64,000 nt of DNA from an uncultured Gemmatimonadales bacterium (GTDB lineage: Bacteria; Gemmatimonadota; Gemmatimonadetes; Gemmatimonadales; Gemmatimonadaceae): positions 736,001 through 800,000 of the forward strand of contig CAWKMU010000003.1 in the NCBI GenBank assembly GCA_963850905.1. Direction: 5' to 3'. The notes under the pieces were generated by a model. The model did not search any database and had not been told where the DNA came from. It worked only from the letters and a program-made list of their open reading frames with translations. Shown in pieces: positions 9,354 through 18,420 of the stretch; the first letter of the stretch is position 1, and each line of letters opens with the position of its first letter. Both the position numbers and the translations under genes were made by a program.

Positions 9354-10479
9354 ATCCAGCGACCGACCGCTTCGACCAGGTTCCGTTCCGCCCCCTCGGG
9401 ACTCGTTGCAATCGCAGCCCGTCGAGCGCGACCCGTCGGCCCCGCGTGTGCTCGTAGTCGATGATGAAGAGCTCATTACGCGGGCTTTGGCGCGGTATCT
9501 GGGCACACGCGGCTACGAAGTGGAGACCGCGAGCTCCGGCCACGCCGCCCTCGAGGCGCTCCGGCGCACTCGATTCTCCGTGATGCTGTGCGACGTGCGC
9601 ATGCCGGGCCTCTCCGGCCTCGACGTCGTGCCGCGCGCCCTCGAGATCGATCGCGATCTCGCCATCATGATGTTGACCGGCGTCAACGATGCGCCGACCG
9701 CAGCCACTGTGCTCGCGACCGGCGCGATGGACTACCTGCTCAAGCCCGTCGAGTTGGTGGAGTTGCAGCAAGCCATCGAGCGAGCCCTGCATCGCCGCGA
9801 GCTCGAGATCGATCGGCGAACGGTCGATCGCTTGATCAAGGAGGAAGTGACTGCGCGCACCGAGGAGCTCGAGCGCGAGAAGCAGTCGCTCGGCGCAATG
9901 TCTGTCGCAACGGTCGAAGCATTGGTGAACGCGATGGAGGCGAAAGACGTCTATCTGCGCGGCCACTCACAGCGAGTCTCCGACCTCGCGGGCTCGATCG
10001 CGGAGGAGCTGCACCTCGACAAGCAGACCATTGCGCACGTGCGGATCGCCGCGCGCATACACGATATCGGGAAGATCGGGATCCAGGAGTCCGTGCTGAA
10101 CAAACCCGGTCCGTTGACGCGCGAAGAGTTCGACCACGTGAAAGAGCACGTTCGCATCGCGCTCGACATCCTCGCGCCGCTCAAGTATCTGGGTCCCGCG
10201 ATCGACTTCGTGGCCGATCATCACGAGCACTGGGACGGCCAGGGCTATCCGCGTGGCAAGGCCGGCGAATCGATCTCGATCGGTGGTCGCATCTTGGCCG
10301 CAGCGGATGCCTACGACGCGCTGACCTCCACGCGCGCCTACCGCCCGGCCCGCCGACCGCGCGAGACCGTCGACTATCTCGCCGCTCAGGCGGGCGACCT
10401 GCTGGACCCGCGCGTGTACGAAGCGTTGACGACGGTTCTAAAAAAGCGGGCGTCAGGGGAGACGGTGGTGCAAGGCTGA
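9340..10479 (+). CDS. Response regulator with an HD-GYP (RpfG-like) c-di-GMP phosphodiesterase domain
   Basis: VLVVDDE, CDVRMPG and DYLLKP receiver motifs; GHSQRV, HDIGKIG, HHEHWDGQGYP and ADAYDALTS.RAYR. Confidence 0.92.
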   Translation: MSTDRSSDRPLRPGSVPPPRDSLQSQPVERDPSAPRVLVVDDEELITRALARYLGTRGYEVETASSGHAALEALRRTRFSVMLCDVRMPGLSGLDVVPRALEIDRDLAIMMLTGVNDAPTAATVLATGAMDYLLKPVELVELQQAIERALHRRELEIDRRTVDRLIKEEVTARTEELEREKQSLGAMSVATVEALVNAMEAKDVYLRGHSQRVSDLAGSIAEELHLDKQTIAHVRIAARIHDIGKIGIQESVLNKPGPLTREEFDHVKEHVRIALDILAPLKYLGPAIDFVADHHEHWDGQGYPRGKAGESISIGGRILAAADAYDALTSTRAYRPARRPRETVDYLAAQAGDLLDPRVYEALTTVLKKRASGETVVQG

Positions 10480-10527
10480 ACTGCGGGGTCAGGGAAGACC
10501 CCAGACCCCAAACCCGCAGTTCAGCCT
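10473..10527. repeat. Miniature inverted-repeat element between convergent genes
   Basis: AGGCTGAACTGCGGG...CCCGCAGTTCAGCCT terminal inverted repeat that contains the upstream gene's TGA. Confidence 0.8.
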
Positions 10528-11137
10528 ACAACGATTTCCCCGCTAGCAACCACGATGTCACGCGTGCCACCCGCGCCCCCTGCACCCGGGCGACCGTGAG
10601 ATCGGCCTCCGTCGCGCCGCCCGTGCCGGTCGTGCTCGTGGCGCCATATGGGCTCCCGGCCGTGAACACGGCGCGGTCGGTGTATCCGGGCGGGACGAGG
10701 ATCATCCCCAGATTGGCCATGACGGTCATCATCGAGAACAATGTGGTCTCATGACCGCCGTGCGGCGTTTGCACGGTCGTGAACGCTGCACCGACTTTGT
10801 CGACGAAGGCCCCCTTGGCCCACAGCGCACCCGCTTGGTCGAGTACGAGTTTGAGCTCCGCCGATATGACCCCAAACCGCGTCGGCGTCCCAAGGATCAA
10901 CGCATCATGCTCCACGAACTCCTGCACGCCGCTGAGCGTCTCGTACTGCGCCGCGAGCCGGTCTCGACTCTCTTTCCATTTCGGTTGTGCAGCGATGACG
11001 TGCTCGGGCGCGACGTCGACGACGCGGCGAACCGTCACGGACGTCGATGGGACGGCGCGCGCGCCTTCGGCGATCGCATCCGCGAGCAGAGCCGTGTGGC
11101 CGGTTCGGCTGTAGAACGCGACGAGAACTCTTGGCAT
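10526..11137 (-). CDS. wrbA: NAD(P)H:quinone oxidoreductase, WrbA flavodoxin-like
   Basis: VLVAFYSRTGHT..LA.AIAEGA, GTPTRFG, DKVGAAFT..HGGHETTL and GSPYGATS. Confidence 0.9.
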   Translation of the reverse strand: MPRVLVAFYSRTGHTALLADAIAEGARAVPSTSVTVRRVVDVAPEHVIAAQPKWKESRDRLAAQYETLSGVQEFVEHDALILGTPTRFGVISAELKLVLDQAGALWAKGAFVDKVGAAFTTVQTPHGGHETTLFSMMTVMANLGMILVPPGYTDRAVFTAGSPYGATSTTGTGGATEADLTVARVQGARVARVTSWLLAGKSL

Positions 11138-11164
11138 TGCAGGAAATGTTGCCGAGCGGTCCGC

Positions 11165-11193
11165 TTGACGCCACGTCGCGCAGAGTGTATTCA
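11165..11193 (+). promoter_or_regulatory. Sigma70-like promoter upstream of 11309
   Basis: TTGACG-17 nt-TATTCA. Confidence 0.45.
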
Positions 11194-11308
11194 GCGGGTT
11201 CGGCATCTTGAGGTTCATCAGCTACGCGCGCGCAGGCAGCCTCGGGCATGGGGTGTGCAGCGCGAGCTCGATTCAGTAGATGACGTCCTAAAATTTCATG
11301 GAGGGGTC

Positions 11309-11908
11309 ATGCCGCGCGGTGACAGGCTGCGGGAGGGGTCCGACGTAGAGCTGCACTTCTCCGATCGCGACGACGAGGGGGAGGACTTGGGCTACGGTGG
11401 AGGAGGGGGGGGAGCCTCGTACGACGACGACGACGAAGAGGATGGCGGCTGGGCAGTAACCAAGGACGCCAGCGACGACCTCTGGGACAGCACCGAGGAT
11501 GAGGGCGACGACGACGAGGACGGCGAAGAGGGCATCACCGCTGTCGAGGTCATCGACGTCGAGGAAGAGGAGGAAGGCGATCTGTTCGGCGGAAGCCTCC
11601 GCGGCCGTGGCCAACGAGGCCGGCCGCCGGGCTCCACGTCGCGGCCGGCAGCCGGCGCCAGCAGCCCCGCCGCACAACCCGCCGCCAAGAGCGCTGCACA
11701 TCCGAGCACAGGACACGCGGCAGCCCACGCCGGCGCCAGTCACGCCGCCCGAAAGGCTCCCCCCGCCGTTAAGAAGGCCGCCGCCAAGAAAGCCGCTCCC
11801 AAGAAAGCCAGCCGGCCCGCCGCCAAGAAGAAGCCGGTCGCCCACGCGAAGGCCAAGTCTGGCGGCAGCAGCAAGAAGAAGGCAGCGAAAGCGAAGAAGA
11901 AGCACTAA
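11309..11908 (+). CDS. Disordered bipolar protein: Asp/Glu-rich N-half and histone H1-like Lys/Ala-rich C-tail
   Basis: GGAGGGG Shine-Dalgarno before the ATG; DDDDEED and EEEEEGD tracts, then AVKKAAAKKAAPKKA...AKKKH. Confidence 0.8.
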   Translation: MPRGDRLREGSDVELHFSDRDDEGEDLGYGGGGGGASYDDDDEEDGGWAVTKDASDDLWDSTEDEGDDDEDGEEGITAVEVIDVEEEEEGDLFGGSLRGRGQRGRPPGSTSRPAAGASSPAAQPAAKSAAHPSTGHAAAHAGASHAARKAPPAVKKAAAKKAAPKKASRPAAKKKPVAHAKAKSGGSSKKKAAKAKKKH

Positions 11909-11954
11909 CGGCCGGGATTCGGAACTCGGGATTTGAGACTCGGGCACCAACCAG

Positions 11955-11993
11955 AAAGGGCCGGTCGCGGGGGTACTGCGACCGGCCCGTTTG
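11955..11993 (+). terminator. Hairpin of the GGGCCGGT family, probable intrinsic terminator
   Basis: GGGCCGGTCGCG-loop-TGCGACCGGCCC followed by GTTTGT. Confidence 0.6.
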
Positions 11994-12066
11994 TGCCCTC
12001 CCGAATCCCGATTCCGCTGTTTGGCGCCACCGCCAGTGTCGCGACACCAGCACTGTGCGCCGCCGT

Positions 12067-12168
12067 GGACCGGTAGGGGCGACGCATTGCGTCGCCCGCG
12101 GTTGTCGTTGCGGTTGTCTCCTTTCTCCTTTCCGGCGTTCTCCTTTCTCGGGCGCTTTAGCGCCCGCG
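12067..12168. repeat. GTAG-REP (12073-12097), GTT-rich tail, (TTCTCCT)n and GGGCGC hairpin
   Basis: Exact REP core plus the shared downstream GTTGTCGTTGCGGTTG motif. Confidence 0.8.
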
Positions 12169-12209
12169 GCACTATCGCGACATCAGCCCAACACTGCTAA
12201 GATTGCCCC

Positions 12210-12752
12210 ATGGCGGAGTCGCCCGTGACGCTGCTGCGAGTCCACGCGAGCTATGCACCCTGGAACGCCCGAGGGTTGGCAGCGCACGCGACCGCACTCG
12301 TCGACGCAGCCGGTCTGCGCCCCACCAACGCGTCCGCTCGAGCGGCCCCAAGCGCCCGGGCCATTCGGTTCTATGTCGCCAACGGGCTGCTCGACCGGCC
12401 CGAAGGCACCGGTACCGCCGCGACGTATGTCTACCGGCACTTGTTGCAGTTGCTCGCCATCAAGATCCGGCAACGCGAGGGACATACGCTCGAAGCGATC
12501 AAGCAGGAGTTCCTGGGCGTGACCGGCAATGCCCTCGAGCGACGGGTCGCACAGGCCCTCGCGCCCGCGCTCGGCGCCGGAGCCGCGGCCGCGGTCGCGC
12601 ACGACAATGACGCCCCGGTCCGGTGGCGTCGGCTCCCGGTCGCCGATGGGATCGAGCTCCACGTGCGCGACGATTCGCCACTCGCGCGCGACGCCGCCCT
12701 GACGGCAATGCGGGAAGCAGTACGCGCAGCGCTCGGGCGACGCAGCGAGTAG
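12210..12752 (+). CDS. MerR-type HTH transcriptional regulator
   Basis: SARAIRFYVANGLLDRPEG.G..A.Y..RHL.QL..IK..QREG.TL..IK and C-terminal WRRLPVADGIELHV. Confidence 0.8.
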   Translation: MAESPVTLLRVHASYAPWNARGLAAHATALVDAAGLRPTNASARAAPSARAIRFYVANGLLDRPEGTGTAATYVYRHLLQLLAIKIRQREGHTLEAIKQEFLGVTGNALERRVAQALAPALGAGAAAAVAHDNDAPVRWRRLPVADGIELHVRDDSPLARDAALTAMREAVRAALGRRSE

Positions 12753-12774
12753 TTGGAAAATGGAGGGTCGACCC

Positions 12775-13482
12775 ATGCGCTTTGCCACCGCCACAATCGT
12801 GATCACCGGCGTCGGACACGAAGGCCAAGTCGGTGAGGCGATCGCCCAGGCGTTCGCCGCCGAGGGCGCCACACTCGCCCTGCTCGACCGGACAGCGGAC
12901 GCCGTCGCCGCCCGGGCGGCGGCGCTGACAGCCAGCGGCGCTCGCGCCAGCGGCTATGCCTGTGATCTGACCAATCCGGCCGAAGTCGCGGCGGTCGCCG
13001 CCCGAGTGGCGACGGCGACGCCCCAGATCAATGCGCTCGTCAACGTGGCCGGCGGATTCGCAATGAGCGGACCCCTCGGCAAAGCGGATGTGACCATGCT
13101 GCAACGCCAGATCGCCGTGAACCTGACCACCGCGTGGGTCGCCTCCAACGCCTTCGTTCCGCTGATCAAGGACGGCGGCTCGGTGGTCTACTTCACGTCG
13201 GCCAGTGTGCTGGCGGGCGGACGGGCCTCGAACATGAGCGCGTATGCGGCCGCCAAGGCCGGCGTGGTCGGCCTCATGCACGCCATGGCCGACGAGGGCC
13301 GCTCGCGCGGCATTCGTTCCAACGCCCTCGCGCCTGTCGTCGTCCGCACTGCAGACAATCTGCGCGACATGGGAACCAACGTCCGCTATGTCGAGCGCGA
13401 AACAGTAGCGAAGACGGTGCTGTTCCTCTGCTCGGCTGATGCGCGCGCGATTACTGACCAGGTCATCAGGTTAAGCGACTGA
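12775..13482 (+). CDS. Short-chain dehydrogenase/reductase
   Basis: VITGVG..GQVG.AIA, LVNVAGG and catalytic YAAAK; GGAGGG Shine-Dalgarno. Confidence 0.9.
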   Translation: MRFATATIVITGVGHEGQVGEAIAQAFAAEGATLALLDRTADAVAARAAALTASGARASGYACDLTNPAEVAAVAARVATATPQINALVNVAGGFAMSGPLGKADVTMLQRQIAVNLTTAWVASNAFVPLIKDGGSVVYFTSASVLAGGRASNMSAYAAAKAGVVGLMHAMADEGRSRGIRSNALAPVVVRTADNLRDMGTNVRYVERETVAKTVLFLCSADARAITDQVIRLSD

Positions 13483-14585
13483 GCGACTCCCCACTCTCCC
13501 CCTCCGACTCCCCCTCTCCCTCCCTCCCGCGCCGGGACGCTCACGGCCGGGCGCTCCGTCCGGTTCTTCTCGATCGGGCGCTGGAGCTCCTGCCCCTCTT
13601 TCGGCTGAGCGACTCCACGGAAGAGAACGCCGTTACGTACGCCCCACGACCCCCGCATCCGAGGGGGAGCCGGTGGCGGGTGCTGCCCACCCCTGGCGAC
13701 CGCGTGCCAGGCACATTCGACCAGGATGTCTACGTCGAGCTGCTCCACCGGTATTTCGAAGCCGGCTCCCCTGCCAATGGCACCGTGAGCTTCACGCTCC
13801 ACGCGTTCCTGCGCGCCATGGGACGTCGGGTCGATGGCCGAACGTACGGCCAGCTGCGCGGCGCGCTCGCGCGGCTCGAACGAAGCATCCTCGAATCGAC
13901 CGGCGCCTATTTCGCCGCCACCGCCGGCGAACCGCCGCTCACGACGTCGCGGCCCACAGGCCGCTATGTCGATGACCGACTGACCCTGCTCACCGCCGTT
14001 GCCATCGATCGCCGGCGCGCAGTCGACCGCGACCAGCTCGCGCTCTTTGCAACACTGTCGGCCAACGAGCCCGGAGAGGCGCACGTCACCCTGTCGCCTG
14101 CCGTTCGCGCGAATATCGGGGCTGGGTACACCACCACGCTGTCGGCAACGCGGTATTTCGAGTTGCCATCGCCAACGGCACGACGACTCTATCGGCTGAT
14201 CGCCGCGGTGCAAGCCGAAGAGGAGAATGGTCACGGCACCGCCGTCGATGCGCCCGACGAGGCCGCTGACGGCGCCGTCGAACCCGACGCGACCGTGGCA
14301 CGCGCCTCAGCTCACGACGTGGAAAACGGTGCCAGAGCCCGGCAGAGCAGCACAGTGGAAGCCGTTGCCGACCATTCGCCGCACGCGCGACCGACCACTC
14401 GGTTCGTTTGGAACGTTGCGCTCGACGCGTTGGCGGAACAGCTTCCTCTCTCGCAACGGTACCCCTCTCACCTGCAGCGCGTACTCGAACCGGCACATGC
14501 AATGCTGAAAGCAGCCGGCGTTGTACGGGAGGCCGTCATCCGGCAACAAAGACGCGCATGGGTCGTCCACTATGAGCTACCCTGA
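13479..14585 (+). CDS. Replication initiator protein A (RepA)-like winged-helix protein; probable CTG start
   Basis: The frame is open from 13458. Upstream of the GTG at 13680 it encodes LDRALELLPLFRLS, followed by VPGTFDQDVYVELL, DGRTYGQLRGALARL and YFELPSPTARRLYRLI, which resemble plasmid-type RepA proteins. Confidence 0.65.
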   Translation: MSDSPLSPSDSPSPSLPRRDAHGRALRPVLLDRALELLPLFRLSDSTEENAVTYAPRPPHPRGSRWRVLPTPGDRVPGTFDQDVYVELLHRYFEAGSPANGTVSFTLHAFLRAMGRRVDGRTYGQLRGALARLERSILESTGAYFAATAGEPPLTTSRPTGRYVDDRLTLLTAVAIDRRRAVDRDQLALFATLSANEPGEAHVTLSPAVRANIGAGYTTTLSATRYFELPSPTARRLYRLIAAVQAEEENGHGTAVDAPDEAADGAVEPDATVARASAHDVENGARARQSSTVEAVADHSPHARPTTRFVWNVALDALAEQLPLSQRYPSHLQRVLEPAHAMLKAAGVVREAVIRQQRRAWVVHYELP

Positions 14586-14590
14586 CCGGA

Positions 14591-14690
14591 ACGGGCGCTT
14601 CGCGCCCGTAGAAAGGAGACGGAGAACGGAGAAAGTAGACAACGACCGGCCTGCCTAGGACCGGCAGGGGCGACACACCGCGTCGCTCTT
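14591..14690. repeat. GGGCGC hairpin, (GGAGAA/C)n array and degenerate REP (14664-14688)
   Basis: CGGGCGCTTCGCGCCCGTAGAAAGGAGACGGAGAACGGAGAAAG followed by GGACCGGCAGGGGCGACACACCGCGTCGC. Confidence 0.65.
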
Positions 14691-14788
14691 CCGCACCGTC
14701 CGACAAATGCCTGGGGCTACGCATTCGCCCCAACGACACCATCATCACCTGACGTACAAAACACGACGCCCCCACCCGGTAACAAATC

Positions 14789-14999
14789 ATGGCAACCAAA
14801 CTCGACAAGACGATCAAGCGAGAGCTCGAGATGGACGGACAGCCCTACACGGTCGCCATCTCGCCGGCGGGTATCAAAATCACGCAGAAAGGCTATCGAA
14901 AGGGCCGCGAGAATGACGTGGAAGTCGCTCTGGGCCGGCGGCCAGGAGGAAGGAACGACCTCAGGTGCGGGAACTCCCGGATCGCCTTCGAGTATGTAG
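14789..14999 (+). CDS. Small hypothetical protein (~69 aa), fused to the S41 ORF in the track by an apparent +1 indel near 14912
   Basis: MATKLDKTIKRELEMDGQPYTVAISPAGIKITQKGYRKGRE continues in the +1 frame as MTWKSLWAGG...SSM-stop. Confidence 0.6.
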
Positions 15000-15139
15000 A
15001 AGGTAGCCCAGGGGTTGCCGGCCGCGCATGTGACTGCGGCCCGCGCTGTGCGGGTCAAGTCGCGCCGCTGGCAGTCCCTTTTTGTTTGCGCAGCTCCATC
15101 TCGCGCAGGCCGCGTACTGTCACCTTGTCCATACTTCGC

Positions 15140-16750
15140 ATGCCTTCCTTTCGTCGCCCCCGCCTTCGCACTCTGGCACTTGGCTCACTCGTACTCGTAC
15201 CGCTGATCGCGGGTGGGTTCGCGATTCAGTCCCGAGTGGCCGGCGACAGCAGTCTCGTCTTTGAAGAGGTAATGAAACTCGTCAACGAAAAGTTCGTCGA
15301 CACGCTCGACGCGTCGTCGTTGTACGAGAAAGCGGCCCAGGGGCTGGTGCACGAGCTCAATGACCCGTACACGGAGTTGTACACGCCCAAGCGCGCGACT
15401 GAGTTCCAGCGCCGCACCGGCGGCCGCTATGGCGGCATCGGGATGGAGATCGGCGAGCTGGAGGGCGGTATCGCCGTCATCCACGTCTTTCCGCACACGC
15501 CGGCCGAAGAGGCGGGCGTCATGGAGGGCGACCGCATCACCCAGATCGAGTCGGCGTCCACTCGCGGGTGGAAGCTGGGACAGGTCTCTGACTCGCTGCT
15601 CGGCAAGCCGAGCACCAAGGTCACGGTCAAGTTCGAGCGCGCTGGCGTCCCGACCCCGATCGAGTACCGCTTCACCCGCGCGATTATTCACGTCCCTGCG
15701 ATCCCGTTTGCGATCATGCTCGACAACAAGATCGCGTACGTGCCCCTCGGACAGTTCAACGAAGACGCAGCCGAGGATCTCGAGGCGGCGCTGCGCCGGC
15801 TCGTCATGACGGAGGGCGCGAAGGGCGTCATTCTCGATTTGCGCGATGATCCGGGCGGGATTCTCGATCAGGCGTTCGCCGTGAGCAATGTGTTCCTCAA
15901 GGAAGGCAATGAAGTGGTGAGCGTGCGCGGTCGTGGCTCGCCGACCCAAACCTTCGTGACGAAGGACAAGCCGCTGCTCGCATCCACACCGCTGGTCGTG
16001 TTGCAGAATGGTGGCAGTGCGAGCGCCTCGGAGATCGTCGCCGGTGCGCTCCAGGACCACGACCGGGCGCTCATCGTCGGCACGACATCATTCGGGAAGG
16101 GCCTCGTGCAAACCCTCTTCCCGCTCGATGGCGGCTACGCGCTCAAGATGACCACCGCCAAGTGGTACACACCCAGCGGGCGGTCCATCCAGAAGGAGCG
16201 CAAGCTCCTGCCCGACGGCGAGTTCGTCGAGGTGACGCCCGACTCGGCCGAGACGGACTCAGCCCGTAAGGCGCGCCCGGCGTTCAAGTCGGATGCCGGC
16301 CGGACGGTGTACGGTGGTGGCGCCATCACGCCCGACGTCGTCGTGAAGCCCGATACCTTCACGACCCAGGAGCAGGCGTTCAACAAGATCATCGCCGCCA
16401 AGTCGCCGGAAGTGTACCAGGCGCTGGCGAGCCTTGCCCTGGATCTCAAGACCAAGGTCAAGTCGCCGTCGTTTACCATCCAGCCAGAGTGGCGCGACGA
16501 CTTCTTCAAACGGCTGACAACGGCCAAGGTCAACGTGAGCCGCCAGCAGTACGACTCGGTTTCCGGCTACGTCGACCGTCTGATCGGTGCGCGCGTGGCC
16601 CGGACCGCCTTCGGCGACTCCGCTGAGAAGCGGCGCGACATGGACCTGGACGTACAGCTGCGCAAGGCGGTCGAGCTTATGCAACACGCGCAGTCCGAAA
16701 AGGACCTCTTCACCGAAGCCCAGCAGGTGTACAGCGCGAAGACCAACTGA
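15140..16750 (+). CDS. ctpA: Carboxy-terminal processing protease, S41 family with PDZ domain
   Basis: LNDPYT, YGGIGMEI, ILDLRDDPGG, SASASEIVAGALQDHDRA and SFGKGLVQ; N-terminal anchor. Confidence 0.92.
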   Translation: MPSFRRPRLRTLALGSLVLVPLIAGGFAIQSRVAGDSSLVFEEVMKLVNEKFVDTLDASSLYEKAAQGLVHELNDPYTELYTPKRATEFQRRTGGRYGGIGMEIGELEGGIAVIHVFPHTPAEEAGVMEGDRITQIESASTRGWKLGQVSDSLLGKPSTKVTVKFERAGVPTPIEYRFTRAIIHVPAIPFAIMLDNKIAYVPLGQFNEDAAEDLEAALRRLVMTEGAKGVILDLRDDPGGILDQAFAVSNVFLKEGNEVVSVRGRGSPTQTFVTKDKPLLASTPLVVLQNGGSASASEIVAGALQDHDRALIVGTTSFGKGLVQTLFPLDGGYALKMTTAKWYTPSGRSIQKERKLLPDGEFVEVTPDSAETDSARKARPAFKSDAGRTVYGGGAITPDVVVKPDTFTTQEQAFNKIIAAKSPEVYQALASLALDLKTKVKSPSFTIQPEWRDDFFKRLTTAKVNVSRQQYDSVSGYVDRLIGARVARTAFGDSAEKRRDMDLDVQLRKAVELMQHAQSEKDLFTEAQQVYSAKTN

Positions 16751-16756
16751 GGAGGG

Positions 16757-16866
16757 TGACGGGTGAAGGGTGACGGGTAACGGGTAACTGCAACAACAGA
16801 GAGGGCCAGTCGCGGTGCGCTGCGACTGGCCCTCTGCGTTTTCACCCGTCACCGTTACCCGTCACT
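16757..16866. repeat. Heptamer-armed hairpin element (TGACGGG/TAACGGG arms around GAGGGCCAGTCGCG..GCGACTGGCCCTC)
   Basis: Inverted heptamer arrays with the hairpin at 16801-16834, followed by GTTTT. Confidence 0.8.
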
Positions 16867-16909
16867 TTGTCTTTCCGCTAGCTTCCTACCCAATCTCTCC
16901 CCCACTGCC

Positions 16910-18010
16910 ATGGCCGGTCTCATTGTTCTCCTCATCCTGATCGTCGCGGGGCTGTACACCCTCTCGAGCGCGATCAAGATCGTCGGGCAAGCCGAGGTGA
17001 TGGTCATTGAACGACTCGGCCGCTTCAATCGAGTCGCGCGCTCGGGGCTCAACATCCTGCTGCCGTTCGTCGATCGCCCCCGCACCATCGACGTGCGGAT
17101 GTTCGACACCGACGTCAACGGAGTGAAGCGTGTCACAGCGGGATCGACGTCACGCATCGACCTGCGGGAACAGGTCCTGAGTTTCCCCAGCCAGTCGGTG
17201 ATCACGAAGGACAACGTGACGATCGACATCGATGCGGTGATCTACTACCGCGTGTCGGATCCGCAGAAGGCGACGTACGCAGTGCAGAATCTCCCCTTTG
17301 CGCTCGAGACGCTGACGCGCACCACGTTGCGCAACATCGTCGGCGAGATGGAGCTCGATCAAACACTCGTCTCGCGCGACACGATCAACAAGCGGATGCG
17401 CGATGTCATCGAAGAGGCATCGATTGGATGGGGCGTCGACGTGACACGCGTGGAGCTGCAGTCGATCGAGCCGCCGCGCGAGATCCAGCAGTCGATGGAG
17501 CTCCAGATGCGCGCGGAACGCGAGCGGCGCGCCGCCGTGACGCAGGCGGAGGCGGGCAAACGCGCCGCGATCCTGGAGGCCGAGGGCGTTCGAGAATCGG
17601 CCGTGCTGCGCGCGCAGGGCATGGCCGAAGGGCGACTGGCCATGGCGCAGGCCGAAGCTGAGACGATTGGCCGGATCGCGGCGGCGCTTCCGGCCGGACA
17701 GGCAACAGAGGCGGCCGCGTACCTCCTGGCCTTGCGCTATTTCGAGGCCCTTCCCGCGGTCGCTCAGGGTCCGGCGACGACCCTTTTCCTGCCGGCGGAA
17801 GCATCTGGTGTCCTGGGTGCGCTCGGCAGCCTACGCTCGCTCCTCAAGGACAGCGCCGGCCCCAAACGCGACGCGCCGCGCGGCCTCTCGAACCAACAGC
17901 GGCCCGCTCCGGGCTCTCAGACCGGTTCGGCACCCCTGGGCACGAGCACCCGCCCGAAAGGGGCGATCGGATCCGGCTCCGATCGGTCGTCCGGAGAAGG
18001 CGGCACTTGA
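16910..18010 (+). CDS. SPFH/band-7 (QmcA/paraslipin-like) membrane protein
   Basis: N-terminal TM, VIERLGRF, IDLREQV, VITKDNV, TTLRNIVGEMELDQTL and QMRAERERRA. Confidence 0.92.
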   Translation: MAGLIVLLILIVAGLYTLSSAIKIVGQAEVMVIERLGRFNRVARSGLNILLPFVDRPRTIDVRMFDTDVNGVKRVTAGSTSRIDLREQVLSFPSQSVITKDNVTIDIDAVIYYRVSDPQKATYAVQNLPFALETLTRTTLRNIVGEMELDQTLVSRDTINKRMRDVIEEASIGWGVDVTRVELQSIEPPREIQQSMELQMRAERERRAAVTQAEAGKRAAILEAEGVRESAVLRAQGMAEGRLAMAQAEAETIGRIAAALPAGQATEAAAYLLALRYFEALPAVAQGPATTLFLPAEASGVLGALGSLRSLLKDSAGPKRDAPRGLSNQQRPAPGSQTGSAPLGTSTRPKGAIGSGSDRSSGEGGT

Positions 18011-18239
18011 AAGGATCGCCGCGACCGGTCACGAAGGACCGCGCCGAGCGCATCGCGCGCGCCCACGCGTGTGAGAACTGCGGCGAGTACAACTACAAAC
18101 GTTTAACGATCAAGCCCGCCAGCACCGACCAGCGCACCGAGTTCGGCGAGCGCTGGCACGTGACGAAGGTGTGCGGCGTCTGCGGCCAGGAGCACGAATG
18201 GGCATAGATGCCGAGGGCGAGATCGTGTATGTGGCGTGA
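18007..18239 (+). CDS. Small zinc-ribbon protein; apparent -1 indel near 18198
   Basis: CENC...CGVC. Adding one base extends EHE into GIDAEGEIVYVA-stop. TTGA overlap with the SPFH stop. Confidence 0.65.
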
Positions 18240-18288
18240 GCCCATGTGGTTACACGCTGTAGGCTAAGCGCGGCTTAGGGGTCGGACC

Positions 18289-18420
18289 TCAAACGGCGGG
18301 GTCGGGGGTCAGGGACGAGGGGTCAGGGAACGGCAACCAACACCGTCAGCCAGATCACTGCACGCCGCGGCTGGCCGTGGCAATTTGTTCCCCTAACCCT
18401 GACCCCTATCCCTGTCCCTG
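18289..18420. repeat. Heptamer-armed element (degenerate)
   Basis: TCAAACGGCGGGGTCGGGGGTCAGGG... and an inverted CCCTAACCCTGACCCC arm. Confidence 0.7.

Noticed and set aside
13479..14700. Integrated plasmid or replication origin around the RepA-like gene
   Set aside because: I saw no iterons, AT-rich unwinding region, partition genes, integrase or compositional shift.
14789..16750. 653-aa S41 protease fusion
   Set aside because: Better explained as a small gene with an indel plus a separate ctpA starting at 15140 with its own signal anchor.
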